From positions 285,041 to 349,040 of the forward strand of contig CAWHZT010000017.1 in NCBI GenBank assembly GCA_963833925.1: DNA of 64,000 bases. The letters run 5' to 3'. The DNA is from an uncultured Actinomycetota bacterium. GTDB taxonomy: Bacteria; Actinomycetota; Actinomycetes; Propionibacteriales; Propionibacteriaceae. A program made the position numbers and the translations under genes. Below are positions 42,737 through 52,692 of this stretch, one piece after another; the stretch's first letter is position 1; every line of letters starts with the position of its first letter. The notes beneath the pieces were generated by a model. It saw only the letters and a list, made by a program, of their open reading frames with translations. It ran no database searches and was not told where the DNA came from.

Positions 42737-44935
42737 TCACCCGCCTCTCGAAACCTCGCCGCTCGGGGCCGGCTGCGCCACCCGGACAATGCGAGACAGC
42801 GGGAAGCTCAGCACCTTCCGGGACCGGGTTCCGACACCGGTGACCACTCCGGCGTCCAGGCCCAGGGGGGTCAGGGCCACCAACGACGGCACACCGTCGG
42901 CGTCGGTATAGGTGAGATCGATCGAGCCGCCGGCGGCCAGTGCGGCAGTCAGTTCTGCCACGAGCTCGTCCGCGGGTGGCCCGACCCGACCGGGCGGCCG
43001 GCGGACCAGCGCGTCGACGACCTCCTCGGCTGATGGGGGACGCGGTCGCCGCTCCACCAACGGGCTCGGCGCGCGCAGCTGGGGCGGCGCGCTGAGCGTA
43101 CGTCCGGTCTCGTCCTCGACCGCCGGGTTCAGCCCGCCGCTGCGCAGCACGGAGACGACCTCGTACGTGTCCGCGTTGCAGACCAGCACGCCGGGCGCGA
43201 TCTCCCGCAGCCCGAGATACGCCGCGTCCGGATGCGCGAGCAGGGCGGCCGTCTGGGCCGGGTCGTCGCTGCGGAGGTACGTCTCGGCGCTGCCGATCCG
43301 GATGCTGCCGAACTGGCGTGCGACGTCGTCCACGAGATAGCGCAACGGCTGCGGCACCCCGGTGGCGGAGTGCTGCTCCAACCAGGCGTGGATCTCGGCG
43401 GCGGCCCAGCCGGCATCGAAGCCGCGGCGGACCGAGGCCGGGCTGAACCGGAAGACGCCGGCACCACCGCGCGACTCCTGGTCCGCCAACAGCCGCAGCT
43501 CGCGGGAGATCCGATGCGGGAGCGGACCGGGCGCGACGGCCGTCAGGTCGGCCTGGATGATCACCTGCTCGACCGGTGCCGGGAACAGCTCGGTCAGCTT
43601 CTCCGGTAGCGGGTCACCCGGGTTCAGCAGGACCGGGCCGAAGGACGACAGGCAGCCGAGACTCGCCACGCCCAGCCAGGTCGCCTCCCGCCAGGTCCAG
43701 TCGACCAGGGTCGCCGCGCCTGGTCCTGTGCCTCGAACGACCCGCGGTCGCTGCCAGGCCAGGGCGGCGGTGAGCTGTTCGAGATCCAGCACCCGTCCCG
43801 TCCCGGCCCCGATGGCGATGGAGAGCACGGTGGCTCGAATGTCCGCCGCGCCGCGGCTGTCCGCCTCGGGCCCGAGCACGTGGGCGCCGGGCTCGGTGGC
43901 GCGGGATGGCAGCCGATCCACGCCGAGCCAGGCGTCGGCGACGATCCGCCACCGAACGGCGGCATCGTGGGTCAGCCACCGGTCGAACGCGGCCGTCGGC
44001 AGCAGGCAGAGGTTGCTGCCGGGGGCCGCCAGACCGGCCGCGGCGGCGCACTCCAGCACGAAACCGGCATGCGCGGCGGAGCTGTCCAACGCGCGGCCGA
44101 GGTTCGCCACGTCACGGGTGCCGAGTCCACCGGCGCGGAGGAGCCGGTGCGGGGCGTTCTCCAGGGTGTGGACGGCAAGCTCCAGGTCGTGCAGCAGCGC
44201 GAAGGCTGCTCCCGCGGCCGCCCGGTCGACCAGCTCGGCCCGGCGCTCCGGGCCGTCGACCGCCGGCCGAGTGGTCGGGACCGGATGGGCACTGAAGCGA
44301 CCGCCGCGGACGTGCAGGGCGACCTCGCGCGGGAGGATCACGGTGTCGGAGTCCAGCGGGCGGAGGAGCCGGTGGGCGAGGAGCTGGTCGATCGGACCCT
44401 GCCCCTTGGCCGGCCCGAGCTGGCGGGTGGCGTTGCGGACGGCACCGGTCGGTGACCAGGCGAGCCGGTCCAGCACCGGTCCGACGGTTTCGTCGCAGTC
44501 GTCGAGTCGCTCGGCGATCTCGGCGTCGGACAGGGGCTGGTACGACGGGGGAGCCAGCCCGCCGGGGTAGGGCTCGAAGGCCTCCCGGACCGCGCGGACG
44601 AGGTTCACGGCGTCGTCGGCACCCCAGACGAGCGCTCGGTCACGGAGGTCGGCGACGGCTCGTGAGACGGGCGCGAGCTCGGACCGGAGAAGTGCCGCGA
44701 TCTCGGCCACCGAGGTCGGCGACGACAGAGCCGCCACCGCTTCGGCCACCAGCCGCTGGTAGGCGTCGAGGCTTTCCAGGGCCCGGGCGATCGAGGTCGT
44801 GGTGGTGGACCGGGTCGCCAGCTCGACCAGGTCGGCCGGCCGGGGAAACGCCAGGTCGGGACGCAGCTCGAGCAGATCGACCAGCTCGTCCCGGCCGAGG
44901 TGACGAAGGTGGTCGGTGAGCGTCCTCGGGCTCAT
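42737..44935 (-). CDS. XPB-associated helicase-binding protein with C-terminal WYL-like domain
   Basis: LLELRPDL, VIIQADLTAVAPGPL, FRFSPASVRRGFDAG, VPQPLRYLVDDVAR, SFPLSRI. Confidence 0.88.
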   Translation of the reverse strand: MSPRTLTDHLRHLGRDELVDLLELRPDLAFPRPADLVELATRSTTTTSIARALESLDAYQRLVAEAVAALSSPTSVAEIAALLRSELAPVSRAVADLRDRALVWGADDAVNLVRAVREAFEPYPGGLAPPSYQPLSDAEIAERLDDCDETVGPVLDRLAWSPTGAVRNATRQLGPAKGQGPIDQLLAHRLLRPLDSDTVILPREVALHVRGGRFSAHPVPTTRPAVDGPERRAELVDRAAAGAAFALLHDLELAVHTLENAPHRLLRAGGLGTRDVANLGRALDSSAAHAGFVLECAAAAGLAAPGSNLCLLPTAAFDRWLTHDAAVRWRIVADAWLGVDRLPSRATEPGAHVLGPEADSRGAADIRATVLSIAIGAGTGRVLDLEQLTAALAWQRPRVVRGTGPGAATLVDWTWREATWLGVASLGCLSSFGPVLLNPGDPLPEKLTELFPAPVEQVIIQADLTAVAPGPLPHRISRELRLLADQESRGGAGVFRFSPASVRRGFDAGWAAAEIHAWLEQHSATGVPQPLRYLVDDVARQFGSIRIGSAETYLRSDDPAQTAALLAHPDAAYLGLREIAPGVLVCNADTYEVVSVLRSGGLNPAVEDETGRTLSAPPQLRAPSPLVERRPRPPSAEEVVDALVRRPPGRVGPPADELVAELTAALAAGGSIDLTYTDADGVPSLVALTPLGLDAGVVTGVGTRSRKVLSFPLSRIVRVAQPAPSGEVSRGG

Positions 44936-44938
44936 CGT

Positions 44939-45778
44939 TCAGCCCCAGGTGTTCGGTCGCATCGGTGGCCGTTGACCCGCCCGGAAGGCGCGCCCCGCCA
45001 GGACGAGCACGGTGACGATCAGCGCCCAGGACAGCAGTAGAGCGACCCAGGACAGACCGTTCCACCAGTCGCTGAAGTCGAGCGGGCCGGCGAGGCCGAT
45101 GAACAGTCCGAGCACGGCAAGGGTGGCGACCGCCGCGACGAAGGCGATCCGGATCTCCCGCTTCGCGACCGTGGCCCGCGTCGACAGCGCCCACGCGATG
45201 ATCAAGGTGATCGGCGAGACCGGATGGATCAGTCCGCCGAGTGCGAGCACGATCAGCAGGGCCGGCGTCACGGCGTTGACGATGTCCTTGGCTGTCGCCG
45301 GCACGGGCGGCGGCTGGGGAGCGTACGGCGCCGGCGAGAACCACTGCGCCGTGCCAGGCGCCGGTAGCCCGGTCGGGCCCTGCGTGGGCGCGGCCGAGGT
45401 CGTGATGGGCGCGTACGGCCAGGCGGTAGCGGGCGTCGGGCCGGCTGACCCGCCGGTCCACGGCGAGGCCGAGGTCGCGATCGGGCTGGTGGGGGCCTGC
45501 GAGTGCATGGCCGTCCAGGCCGAGTCACCGCCGGTGACCGCGCTGCTCACCACCTCGTACGGCAGGGTGGGATCGCGCTGCTCCTCCGGCACCGGCACGA
45601 GATCGGCCAGGGCGATGACGGGAGACTGCGGTGCGCCGAAGGCGGGGCGCTCCACCGGAGCGTTGGCGGCCGGTTGGACGTACGGCTCGGTGCTGCCCAG
45701 CGGCGCTGCATCCGGCGTGGCGAACTCGTCCGGACGCTCGATCGGGGCGTACTCCGGACCGTCCTCCCAGGTGGCCAT
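44939..45778 (-). CDS. Conserved Pro-rich membrane protein
   Basis: MATWEDGPEYAPIERP, Pro-rich linker, 4 C-terminal TM helices. Confidence 0.75.
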   Translation of the reverse strand: MATWEDGPEYAPIERPDEFATPDAAPLGSTEPYVQPAANAPVERPAFGAPQSPVIALADLVPVPEEQRDPTLPYEVVSSAVTGGDSAWTAMHSQAPTSPIATSASPWTGGSAGPTPATAWPYAPITTSAAPTQGPTGLPAPGTAQWFSPAPYAPQPPPVPATAKDIVNAVTPALLIVLALGGLIHPVSPITLIIAWALSTRATVAKREIRIAFVAAVATLAVLGLFIGLAGPLDFSDWWNGLSWVALLLSWALIVTVLVLAGRAFRAGQRPPMRPNTWG

Positions 45779-45830
45779 TGCTCCATCCTAGTGAGCGTCG
45801 TCGGTTGCCTCACGGGGTAAGGATGGCGGT

Positions 45831-46092
45831 GTGAGTGCCGAATCGGCGACAAGGCGCCACATTCGGTGGCGGCGGCTGCTGACGTACGTCGTGATCGCCT
45901 ACGGCGGCGCCTGGCTGCTCTGCCTGCCGCTGTGGCTGGGTCAGGGGCTCCGCACGCCCGACGCCAAGGCGTGGATCGTCGCGATGATGTTCACCCCCGC
46001 CCTCGCCGGGCTCGTGACCGTGGTGGTCCGGCCGGACGGACGCCGGATCGTCGACGTGCTGGTGCGGCCCGGACCGTTCCGCCGGGGCGCTG
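45831..46092 (+). pseudogene. 5' fragment of a CPBP/CAAX-protease-like membrane protein
   Basis: LLTYVVIAYGGAWLLCLPLW..AMMFTPALAGLV is a typical CPBP N-terminus; no EExxxR core follows and the frame runs into the antisense MFS. Confidence 0.55.
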
Positions 46093-46126
46093 AGGCTTCG
46101 CACCCGGCCGTGCGACGACCCGTCAA

Positions 46127-47704
46127 TCAGCTCGCCACGATCCGGACCGGTGAGCGTCCGTGCTGGTGGTGCAGATCCATCGCCAGACCCAGGTGCGAGC
46201 GCCGGGCGATCTTGACGGCGTACGTCGCCACCGCCAGCGCGATCAACGTGCCGCACAGCGCCATGCTCGGCCGCGCACCGAACTGGTCGGCAAGCCAACC
46301 GACGACGGGGCCGCCGAGCGCCTGGCCGCCGAGCAGGACGAGGATGTAGACACTCATCACCCGTCCGCGCAGAGCGGACGGCACGGACGTCTGGACCAGC
46401 GAGTTCGCGCCGGTGAGGAACAGCAGGGTGAGCGTGCCCGCCACCACCAGACCGGACATGAACAGCCACTGGCTCGGGGCCAGAGAGATGATCGCGGTGA
46501 CGGCACCGAAGGCGATCAGGAAGGTCACCAGCGTCCGAATCCGTGGAATGTGCGTACGCCGGGCAGACAGCACGGCGCCGAGGAAGGCGCCAGCGGCGTT
46601 CGCGGAGTTGTAGAGGCTGTAACCGCCTACCCCGGTGCCGAACTCGTGGTCGGCGAAGGCGGTCAGCAGCACGGGAAGATTCAGGCCCAGCACGCCGATG
46701 GTGCCGACGAGGGCGATCGCCCAGGCGACCTCGGAGGTGTGCCGGATGTAGCTGAGGCCGGCTCGGAGCTGGCTGCGCTGCGTCTCGGTCTGCTGCGTCT
46801 TGGTCTCGCCGGCGGCGAGCGGCTTGGGTGCGCGGATCTGGGTCGGCCGGATGACCGCGACCATGCCGACCACGAGCAGACAGGCAGCGGCGTTGATCAG
46901 GAAGGACCAGCCCTGCCCGACGGCGGCGATCAGGATGCCGGTCAGCGCCGGTCCGACGAGGGCGCCGAACTGGAAGACCGAGGAGTTAAGGCTGACGGCG
47001 TTGCCGATGTGCTGGTCGCCGACCAGCTCGGCCACGAAGACCTGGCGCGTGGGGTTGTCGACAACCGTCACCATGCCGAGGGCGAAGGCGACCAGGTAGA
47101 CCTGCCAGACCTGGGCGGCGCCGCTGAGCGCGAGCAGCCCGAGGGTCGCCGCGAGCAGGGCAGCGGTCGACTGGGTGATGATCAGCAAAGTGCGCTTGGG
47201 GAACCGGTCCACGATCACTCCGCCGACCAGGCCGAAGAGCAGTACCGGCAGGAACTGCAGCGCCACCGCTACACCGACCGCCGCCACGCTGCCGCTGATC
47301 TCCAGCACCAGCCAGTCCTGCGCGATCCGCTGCATCCACAGCCCGGTCGTGGCGATCACCTGCGACGACAGCCATAGCCGGTACGCCGGCACAGACAGGG
47401 CCGACAGCGCGGTCGGCCAGCGTCGGCGGCGACGTACGGGCTCGGCGGCGCGGCGGATCGGGACGATCTCGGCGGAGGTCGACGGGGTGCGGCGTAGGTC
47501 GGTGGGCGTCGACGGGGTGCGGGCGTAGGTCGGTGGGCGTCGACCGGATCGGGCGTAGGTCGGTGGGCGGCGCGCACTCTGCCGACGGGGCCGGGTCGGT
47601 GGAGACGAGTGACAGATGATGGGCAGGGACGCGTTCGATGGGGCGCGCAGACACGACGAGGTGAACCGTTCTGGAGTTGGCTGGCTGGTGATCGGACTGG
47701 ACAA
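46127..47704 (-). CDS. MFS transporter (MFS_3/DUF894-like); true start uncertain
   Basis: GLWMQRIAQDWLVL, VDNPTRQVFV, LRGRVMSVY. Confidence 0.88.
   Translation of the reverse strand: MSSPITSQPTPERFTSSCLRAPSNASLPIICHSSPPTRPRRQSARRPPTYARSGRRPPTYARTPSTPTDLRRTPSTSAEIVPIRRAAEPVRRRRRWPTALSALSVPAYRLWLSSQVIATTGLWMQRIAQDWLVLEISGSVAAVGVAVALQFLPVLLFGLVGGVIVDRFPKRTLLIITQSTAALLAATLGLLALSGAAQVWQVYLVAFALGMVTVVDNPTRQVFVAELVGDQHIGNAVSLNSSVFQFGALVGPALTGILIAAVGQGWSFLINAAACLLVVGMVAVIRPTQIRAPKPLAAGETKTQQTETQRSQLRAGLSYIRHTSEVAWAIALVGTIGVLGLNLPVLLTAFADHEFGTGVGGYSLYNSANAAGAFLGAVLSARRTHIPRIRTLVTFLIAFGAVTAIISLAPSQWLFMSGLVVAGTLTLLFLTGANSLVQTSVPSALRGRVMSVYILVLLGGQALGGPVVGWLADQFGARPSMALCGTLIALAVATYAVKIARRSHLGLAMDLHHQHGRSPVRIVAS
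47478..47568 (-). repeat. 30/31/30-bp tandem repeat in the MFS N-terminal linker
   Basis: GTCGACGGGGTGCG(G)GCGTAGGTCGGTGGGC x3. Confidence 0.85.
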
Positions 47705-47803
47705 CCGGGCTGGAGACCGGATCGGCCCGCCTCGTCGCGGACCTACTTGTCCACCGTAGATGAAACCGTTTCAATAACACCACTGGATAAGGACTATATG
47801 TAA

Positions 47804-47820
47804 CATTGGGATCCGCAATG
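47804..47820. promoter_or_regulatory. Putative LysR binding site (T-N11-A inverted repeat)
   Basis: CATTG-GGATCCG-CAATG in the AT-rich spacer between divergent MFS and LysR genes. Confidence 0.55.
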
Positions 47821-47988
47821 AATCGGCAGGTGTCGGCGGGGTCGTCGCTCGGATCAGCTGGCGGCCGAAGCTGGCGGTGAGGCCACGGACTACTGCACAC
47901 GGCGGCGGCGCGCGGGCGAGATCCGGGTGGCCGAGTTCACCACCGTCTCGGCTGAGGATGGTGGCGGCGAGGTGAGGCGAAGGGTGAG

Positions 47989-48864
47989 GTGAGTGCGATG
48001 GCGCCGACGTTCGATCCGATTCTGCTGCGGACGTTCCTGGCGGTGGCGACCGGACTGAGCTTCACCCGAGCCGCGGAGCAGCTGGGGCTCAGTCAGCCGA
48101 CGGTCTCCCAGCACGTACGTCGGCTGGAGGAGGCGGCCGGCCGGCAGCTGATCAATCGCGACACGCGGACGGTTGCGCTGACCGACAACGGCGAGGCGAT
48201 GGCCGGCTTCGCCCGTTCGATCCTGGCCGCCCACGACGAGGCGGTGGCGTACTTCACCGGATCGGCGATGCGCGGCCGGCTGCGATTCGGTGCCGCCGAC
48301 GAGCTCGCGCTCAGCGAGCTGCCGACGATCCTGCGCGACTTCCGCCAGCTCTATCCGCGGATCAACCTCGAGCTGACGGTGACCCAGAGCGGCACGCTGC
48401 TGCGCCGACTGGAGGCGAACTACCTCGACCTGGTGTTCATCAACCAGGCCGCCGACTCCGGCCGGGGTCGGCTGGTCCGTCGCGATCGGCTGGTCTGGGT
48501 CGGCCTCGAACGGATCCAGATCGAGGCCGGTCAGCCGGTGCCGGTGATCACGTACCACGCGCCGAGCCTGAGCCGGTCGGCCGCCATCAGCGCGCTGCAG
48601 AGCGCCGGGCGGACCTGGCGGATCACCTGCAACACCCGAGAGATCAACGGCGTGCTGGCGGCTGCCCGGGCCGGACTGGGCATCTGCGTGCTCGCTCAGA
48701 GCCGAGTGCCACCGGGGCTGCACAATCTCTCCGGGCGCTTCGACCTCCCGCTGCTGCCCGACGTCGAGATGGCACTGGTGGCCAACCCGCGCTCGGCGCA
48801 CGAGCCGGTCGAGGCGCTGAGCTCCTCGATTCTCAACCTCAGGCTGACCCCGATGCAGCCCTGA
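47989..48864 (+). CDS. LysR-family transcriptional regulator
   Basis: LRTFLAVA..SFTRAAEQLGLSQPTVSQHVRRLE. Confidence 0.95.
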   Translation: MSAMAPTFDPILLRTFLAVATGLSFTRAAEQLGLSQPTVSQHVRRLEEAAGRQLINRDTRTVALTDNGEAMAGFARSILAAHDEAVAYFTGSAMRGRLRFGAADELALSELPTILRDFRQLYPRINLELTVTQSGTLLRRLEANYLDLVFINQAADSGRGRLVRRDRLVWVGLERIQIEAGQPVPVITYHAPSLSRSAAISALQSAGRTWRITCNTREINGVLAAARAGLGICVLAQSRVPPGLHNLSGRFDLPLLPDVEMALVANPRSAHEPVEALSSSILNLRLTPMQP

Positions 48865-49060
48865 CCCGATGCAGCCCTGGCCCGGTGCAGTTCTGAACCG
48901 GAAGGGGCCGGTCGGCAGAACTCACCCGCCCAGAAGAACGCGGGTCCGCAGAACTCACTTGGAGCGTGCTGTGCGCGGGACTACGCTTATGCGGCTGCGG
49001 GACCACCTGCGGCGATCCATGATGTCGCGCGAGCGATACGAGCACGTGAGGGTAGGGGCA

Positions 49061-49444
49061 GTGCCGGTTGGGAAGGTGCGGTTCTACGACGCCGACAAGG
49101 GTTTCGGCTTCTTGACCAAAGACGAGGGCGGCGACGTCTACGTCCGCTCGAGCGCGCTCCCGGCCGGGGTCACCTCACTCAAGACCGGTCAGAAGGTCGA
49201 GTTCGGCGTGGTCGAGGGACGCAAGGGCGAGCAGGCCCTCTCGGTTCGGCTGCTCGAGGCGCCGCCGTCGCTCTCGAAGGCGCATCGCAAGCCGACCGAC
49301 CAGATGACCGTGATCGTCGAGGACCTGATCAAGATGCTCGACGGTGTCAGCAACGGCTATCGGCGCGGTCGCTATCCCGACACCCGGACCGGCCAGAAGC
49401 TCGCCAGCGTGCTACGAGCCGTGGCCGACGAGCTGGAGCTCTAG
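49061..49444 (+). CDS. Cold-shock domain protein with C-terminal extension (actinobacterial CspB type)
   Basis: GKVRFYDADKGFGFL..DVYV. Confidence 0.9.
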   Translation: MPVGKVRFYDADKGFGFLTKDEGGDVYVRSSALPAGVTSLKTGQKVEFGVVEGRKGEQALSVRLLEAPPSLSKAHRKPTDQMTVIVEDLIKMLDGVSNGYRRGRYPDTRTGQKLASVLRAVADELEL

Positions 49445-49537
49445 TCCGACCCTCCCGGACCTCCCCGATCGGGAGTCTCGGGAGCTCGGAGGAATCCACG
49501 TCCGGGTTTGTGCTCGACGGCTGCGAGGATGGGTGAC

Positions 49538-50329
49538 ATGGCGACGACGACGCGTACGCGTGCAGTGAAGCTCGACCAGATCTGCGCTGACGCGGTCGAC
49601 CTCGCGCGAGAAGCGGCCACCGACGCCGCCGACATCGTGGCGGTCGGTGCCCACCTCGGAGTGCATGCGGACGCGGAGCGGGTCGTGACCCACACCTTCG
49701 CCGCGGAGCACACGGGCTACGCCGGCTGGCAGTGGTCGGTGACGCTGACACGTGCCTCGCGGGCCAAGGCGCCGACGGTCAACGAGGTCGTCCTGGTGCC
49801 GGGAGGCGACTCGCTGCTCAGTCCGCACTGGGTGCCGTGGTCCGAGCGGGTGCAGGCCGGGGACGTGACGCCCGGCCTGCTGATGCCCAGTCCCGACAAC
49901 GACCCTCGGCTCGAGCCGGGCTTCACCGGCGGCGACGCCGCAGAGAGCCTCGAGCCGGCGGACGCGACCCTCGCCCGGATCGTGGTCGCGGAGCTTGGCC
50001 TCGGCCGGGAACGGGTGCTCACGCCGTACGGTCGCGACGAGGCCGCGGAACGGTGGATCGGTGGCGACGGTGGCCCCGACAACCAGATGACCAAGATGTC
50101 ACCCGGGGTTTGTGAGACCTGTGGGTTCTTCGTCCGGCTGCAGGGCGGACTGGCCAGCATGTTCGGCGTGTGCGCGAACGTGTACTCCGCCGCCGACGGT
50201 CAGGTCGTCAGCGTCGACCACGGCTGCGGTGCGCACACCTCGGTCGGCGCCCAGAACCAGGCCGAGGAACTGCCCTCGCCGGTCTGGGAAACCATCGAGT
50301 GGGACGAACCGATCTCCCTTTTCGACTGA
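49538..50329 (+). CDS. DUF3027 protein
   Basis: GYAGWQWSV, WVPWSERV, CETCGF, GVCAN, DHGCGAH. Confidence 0.9.
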   Translation: MATTTRTRAVKLDQICADAVDLAREAATDAADIVAVGAHLGVHADAERVVTHTFAAEHTGYAGWQWSVTLTRASRAKAPTVNEVVLVPGGDSLLSPHWVPWSERVQAGDVTPGLLMPSPDNDPRLEPGFTGGDAAESLEPADATLARIVVAELGLGRERVLTPYGRDEAAERWIGGDGGPDNQMTKMSPGVCETCGFFVRLQGGLASMFGVCANVYSAADGQVVSVDHGCGAHTSVGAQNQAEELPSPVWETIEWDEPISLFD

Positions 50330-50497
50330 CGCCGAGCTGCTCCCGCGCCGCGGAGACAATCTCGTGCCGGGGCCTGTCTCGCCGAGCCCGCGGTCCGCCT
50401 GGGAAAGTCAGCGCGAGCTGCACGTTCCCGGGCCGAGAGTCGCAGTTTCGGACAACATTCCGTCCACTTCCGAGGACCGCACCGAGAGGATGGGGGA

Positions 50498-51022
50498 GTG
50501 TCCAAACGGTTGAAGCGTACGCAGCGCAGCGAGATCGACGACGTACGTGCGGAGGTTGCCGCGTACGTCGCCGCCGGCGCCGACGAGTCCGTCCAACGCG
50601 TGGTCACCGCCGTCCACCGGCTGTCTCGACGACTCACCCGGTGGTACGACGGCCAGCTCGCCGGGCATGACCTCAGCGCGGGTGAGTGGTCGGTCCTCAG
50701 CGCGCTCGGTCGGCTGAGCGGCGACGATGCCCTGACCCCGTCTCAGCTGGCGGCCGAGGGCAACATCGCTCCGTCGTCGATGACCCACCGGCTGGACCGG
50801 ATGGTCGACCGCGGTCTGATCACCCGCGGCGTCGATCCGACCAACCGGACGCGGGTGCTGGTCCGGCTCACCGACGCCGGCTGGGAGCAGTTCGCTACCG
50901 CGATCCGGGAGGCCAACGTCGTGGAGTCGGGCCTCCTTGCCGAGCTCGACGACGAGCAGGTCGACTCGTTGGTCGCGCTGTTGGAGCGCATGATCGACAA
51001 CCTCGACACCACCGACCTGTAA
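50498..51022 (+). CDS. MarR-family regulator
   Basis: TPSQLA..SSMTHRLDRMVDRGLITR..DPTNR..VRLTDAG. Confidence 0.9.
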   Translation: MSKRLKRTQRSEIDDVRAEVAAYVAAGADESVQRVVTAVHRLSRRLTRWYDGQLAGHDLSAGEWSVLSALGRLSGDDALTPSQLAAEGNIAPSSMTHRLDRMVDRGLITRGVDPTNRTRVLVRLTDAGWEQFATAIREANVVESGLLAELDDEQVDSLVALLERMIDNLDTTDL

Positions 51023-51117
51023 CCGGGGGTCCGCCGCAGCCGAAGAGGCCGCGGCGCTCGGCAACAGACCCTAGCGGCCTCACCCGAATGCGCTGAGGAA
51101 ATCCCTAGGATCTCCCC

Positions 51118-52653
51118 ATGGTCACCAAGTCTCCCAAGGCTGCGCCGATCGCGTCGCACGAGAAGCAGATCTCGGCGATCGACTCGTACTTCTCGATCAC
51201 CGCCCGGGGCTCGACGCTGGCCCGGGAGGTCCGGGGCGGTCTGGTCACGTTCTTCACTATGGCGTACATCATCGCCCTCAACCCGCTGATCATCGGCACC
51301 GCGCCGGACGGGCAGGGCAACCTGATCGGCGGTGCGCCGTACAAGGACGCTGGCGGCGCGGTGATCGGCGCAAACGTGGATCACACGATCACCATGGTCG
51401 CCGCCGCCACCGCACTCGTCGCGGGGATCATGACGATTCTGATGGGCGTGATCGGCCGGTTCCCGATCGGCCTTGCCACCGGACTTGGCCTCAACGCGCT
51501 GCTGGCGTTCAGCATCGCGCCGAGGATGACCTGGCCGCAGGCGATGGGGCTGATCGTGATCGAGGGTCTACTGATCACGCTGCTGGTCTTCACCGGATTC
51601 CGAACCGCGGTCTTCCGGGCGGTTCCCCGCTCCCTTCGCACCGGCATCTCGATCGGCATCGGCCTGTTCATCGCCTTCGTCGGACTGTTCGACGGCGGCA
51701 TCGTCCGCAAACCCGCGGGTACTCCGCCGGTCGAGCTGGGCATCAACGGATCCCTGATCGGCTGGCCGATGCTGGTCTTCGTCATCGGACTCTTCCTGGT
51801 TGCGATCCTGTGGGCCAAGAAGGTCAAGGGAGCGATGCTGATCTCCATCGCGGCGACCACCGTTGTCGCGGTGATCATCGAGGCCATTGCCCACGTCGGG
51901 CCGAAGACGGCCGAGAACGCCACCGGTTGGGCGCTGAACGTGCCCGAGTTCAGCAAGATCATCGCGCTGCCGGACCTGAGCATCGTGGGCGACGTCAGCG
52001 TGTTCGGGGCGTTCGGCCCGGCATTTTCCGGCGGCTTCGACCTGCACGTGTTCCTTCCCTTGGTGCTGCTGGTGTTCTCCCTGCTGCTGGCCGACTTCTT
52101 CGACACCATGGGCACCGTGGTCGCCGTCGGTGCCGAGGGCAACCTGCTCGACGACCGCGGGCACCCGCCGCACCTCGGCGCGATCCTGGCGGTCGACTCC
52201 GTGGCCGCGGCGGCTGGCGGTCTGGGCTCGGTGTCGTCGAACACGTCCTATATCGAGTCGGCCTCCGGCGTCGGCGAAGGCGCGCGGACGGGGTTGGCCT
52301 CGGTCGTCACCGGCCTCGGGTTCCTGCTCGCCATGTTCTTCGCGCCCCTGATCAACATCGTGCCGTCCGAGGCGGCCACTCCGGCGCTGGTCTTGGTCGG
52401 CTTCTTGATGATGAGTCAGGTCACCAAGGTGAACTGGGACGACATCGAGGACGGTCTTCCGGCGTTCCTGACCATGGCCCTGATGCCGTTCACGTTCTCC
52501 ATCACGATCGGGATCGGCGCCGGATTCATCATGTACGTCGTGCTCAAGTCGGTCCGTGGCAAGGCCCGCCAGGTGCACCCCCTGATGTGGGTGGTGTCGG
52601 GCCTGTTCGTCATCTACTTCGTCCAGGGAGTGCTGACCTACCTGTTGAGCTGA
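51118..52653 (+). CDS. NCS2/AzgA-family purine permease
   Basis: REVRGGLVTFFTMAYII, DFFDTMGT, YIESASGVGEGARTGL. Confidence 0.93.
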   Translation: MVTKSPKAAPIASHEKQISAIDSYFSITARGSTLAREVRGGLVTFFTMAYIIALNPLIIGTAPDGQGNLIGGAPYKDAGGAVIGANVDHTITMVAAATALVAGIMTILMGVIGRFPIGLATGLGLNALLAFSIAPRMTWPQAMGLIVIEGLLITLLVFTGFRTAVFRAVPRSLRTGISIGIGLFIAFVGLFDGGIVRKPAGTPPVELGINGSLIGWPMLVFVIGLFLVAILWAKKVKGAMLISIAATTVVAVIIEAIAHVGPKTAENATGWALNVPEFSKIIALPDLSIVGDVSVFGAFGPAFSGGFDLHVFLPLVLLVFSLLLADFFDTMGTVVAVGAEGNLLDDRGHPPHLGAILAVDSVAAAAGGLGSVSSNTSYIESASGVGEGARTGLASVVTGLGFLLAMFFAPLINIVPSEAATPALVLVGFLMMSQVTKVNWDDIEDGLPAFLTMALMPFTFSITIGIGAGFIMYVVLKSVRGKARQVHPLMWVVSGLFVIYFVQGVLTYLLS

Positions 52654-52692
52654 GGGTGCGGCTCCGGCCTCGGGTCCACGGTGTGCATCCGT

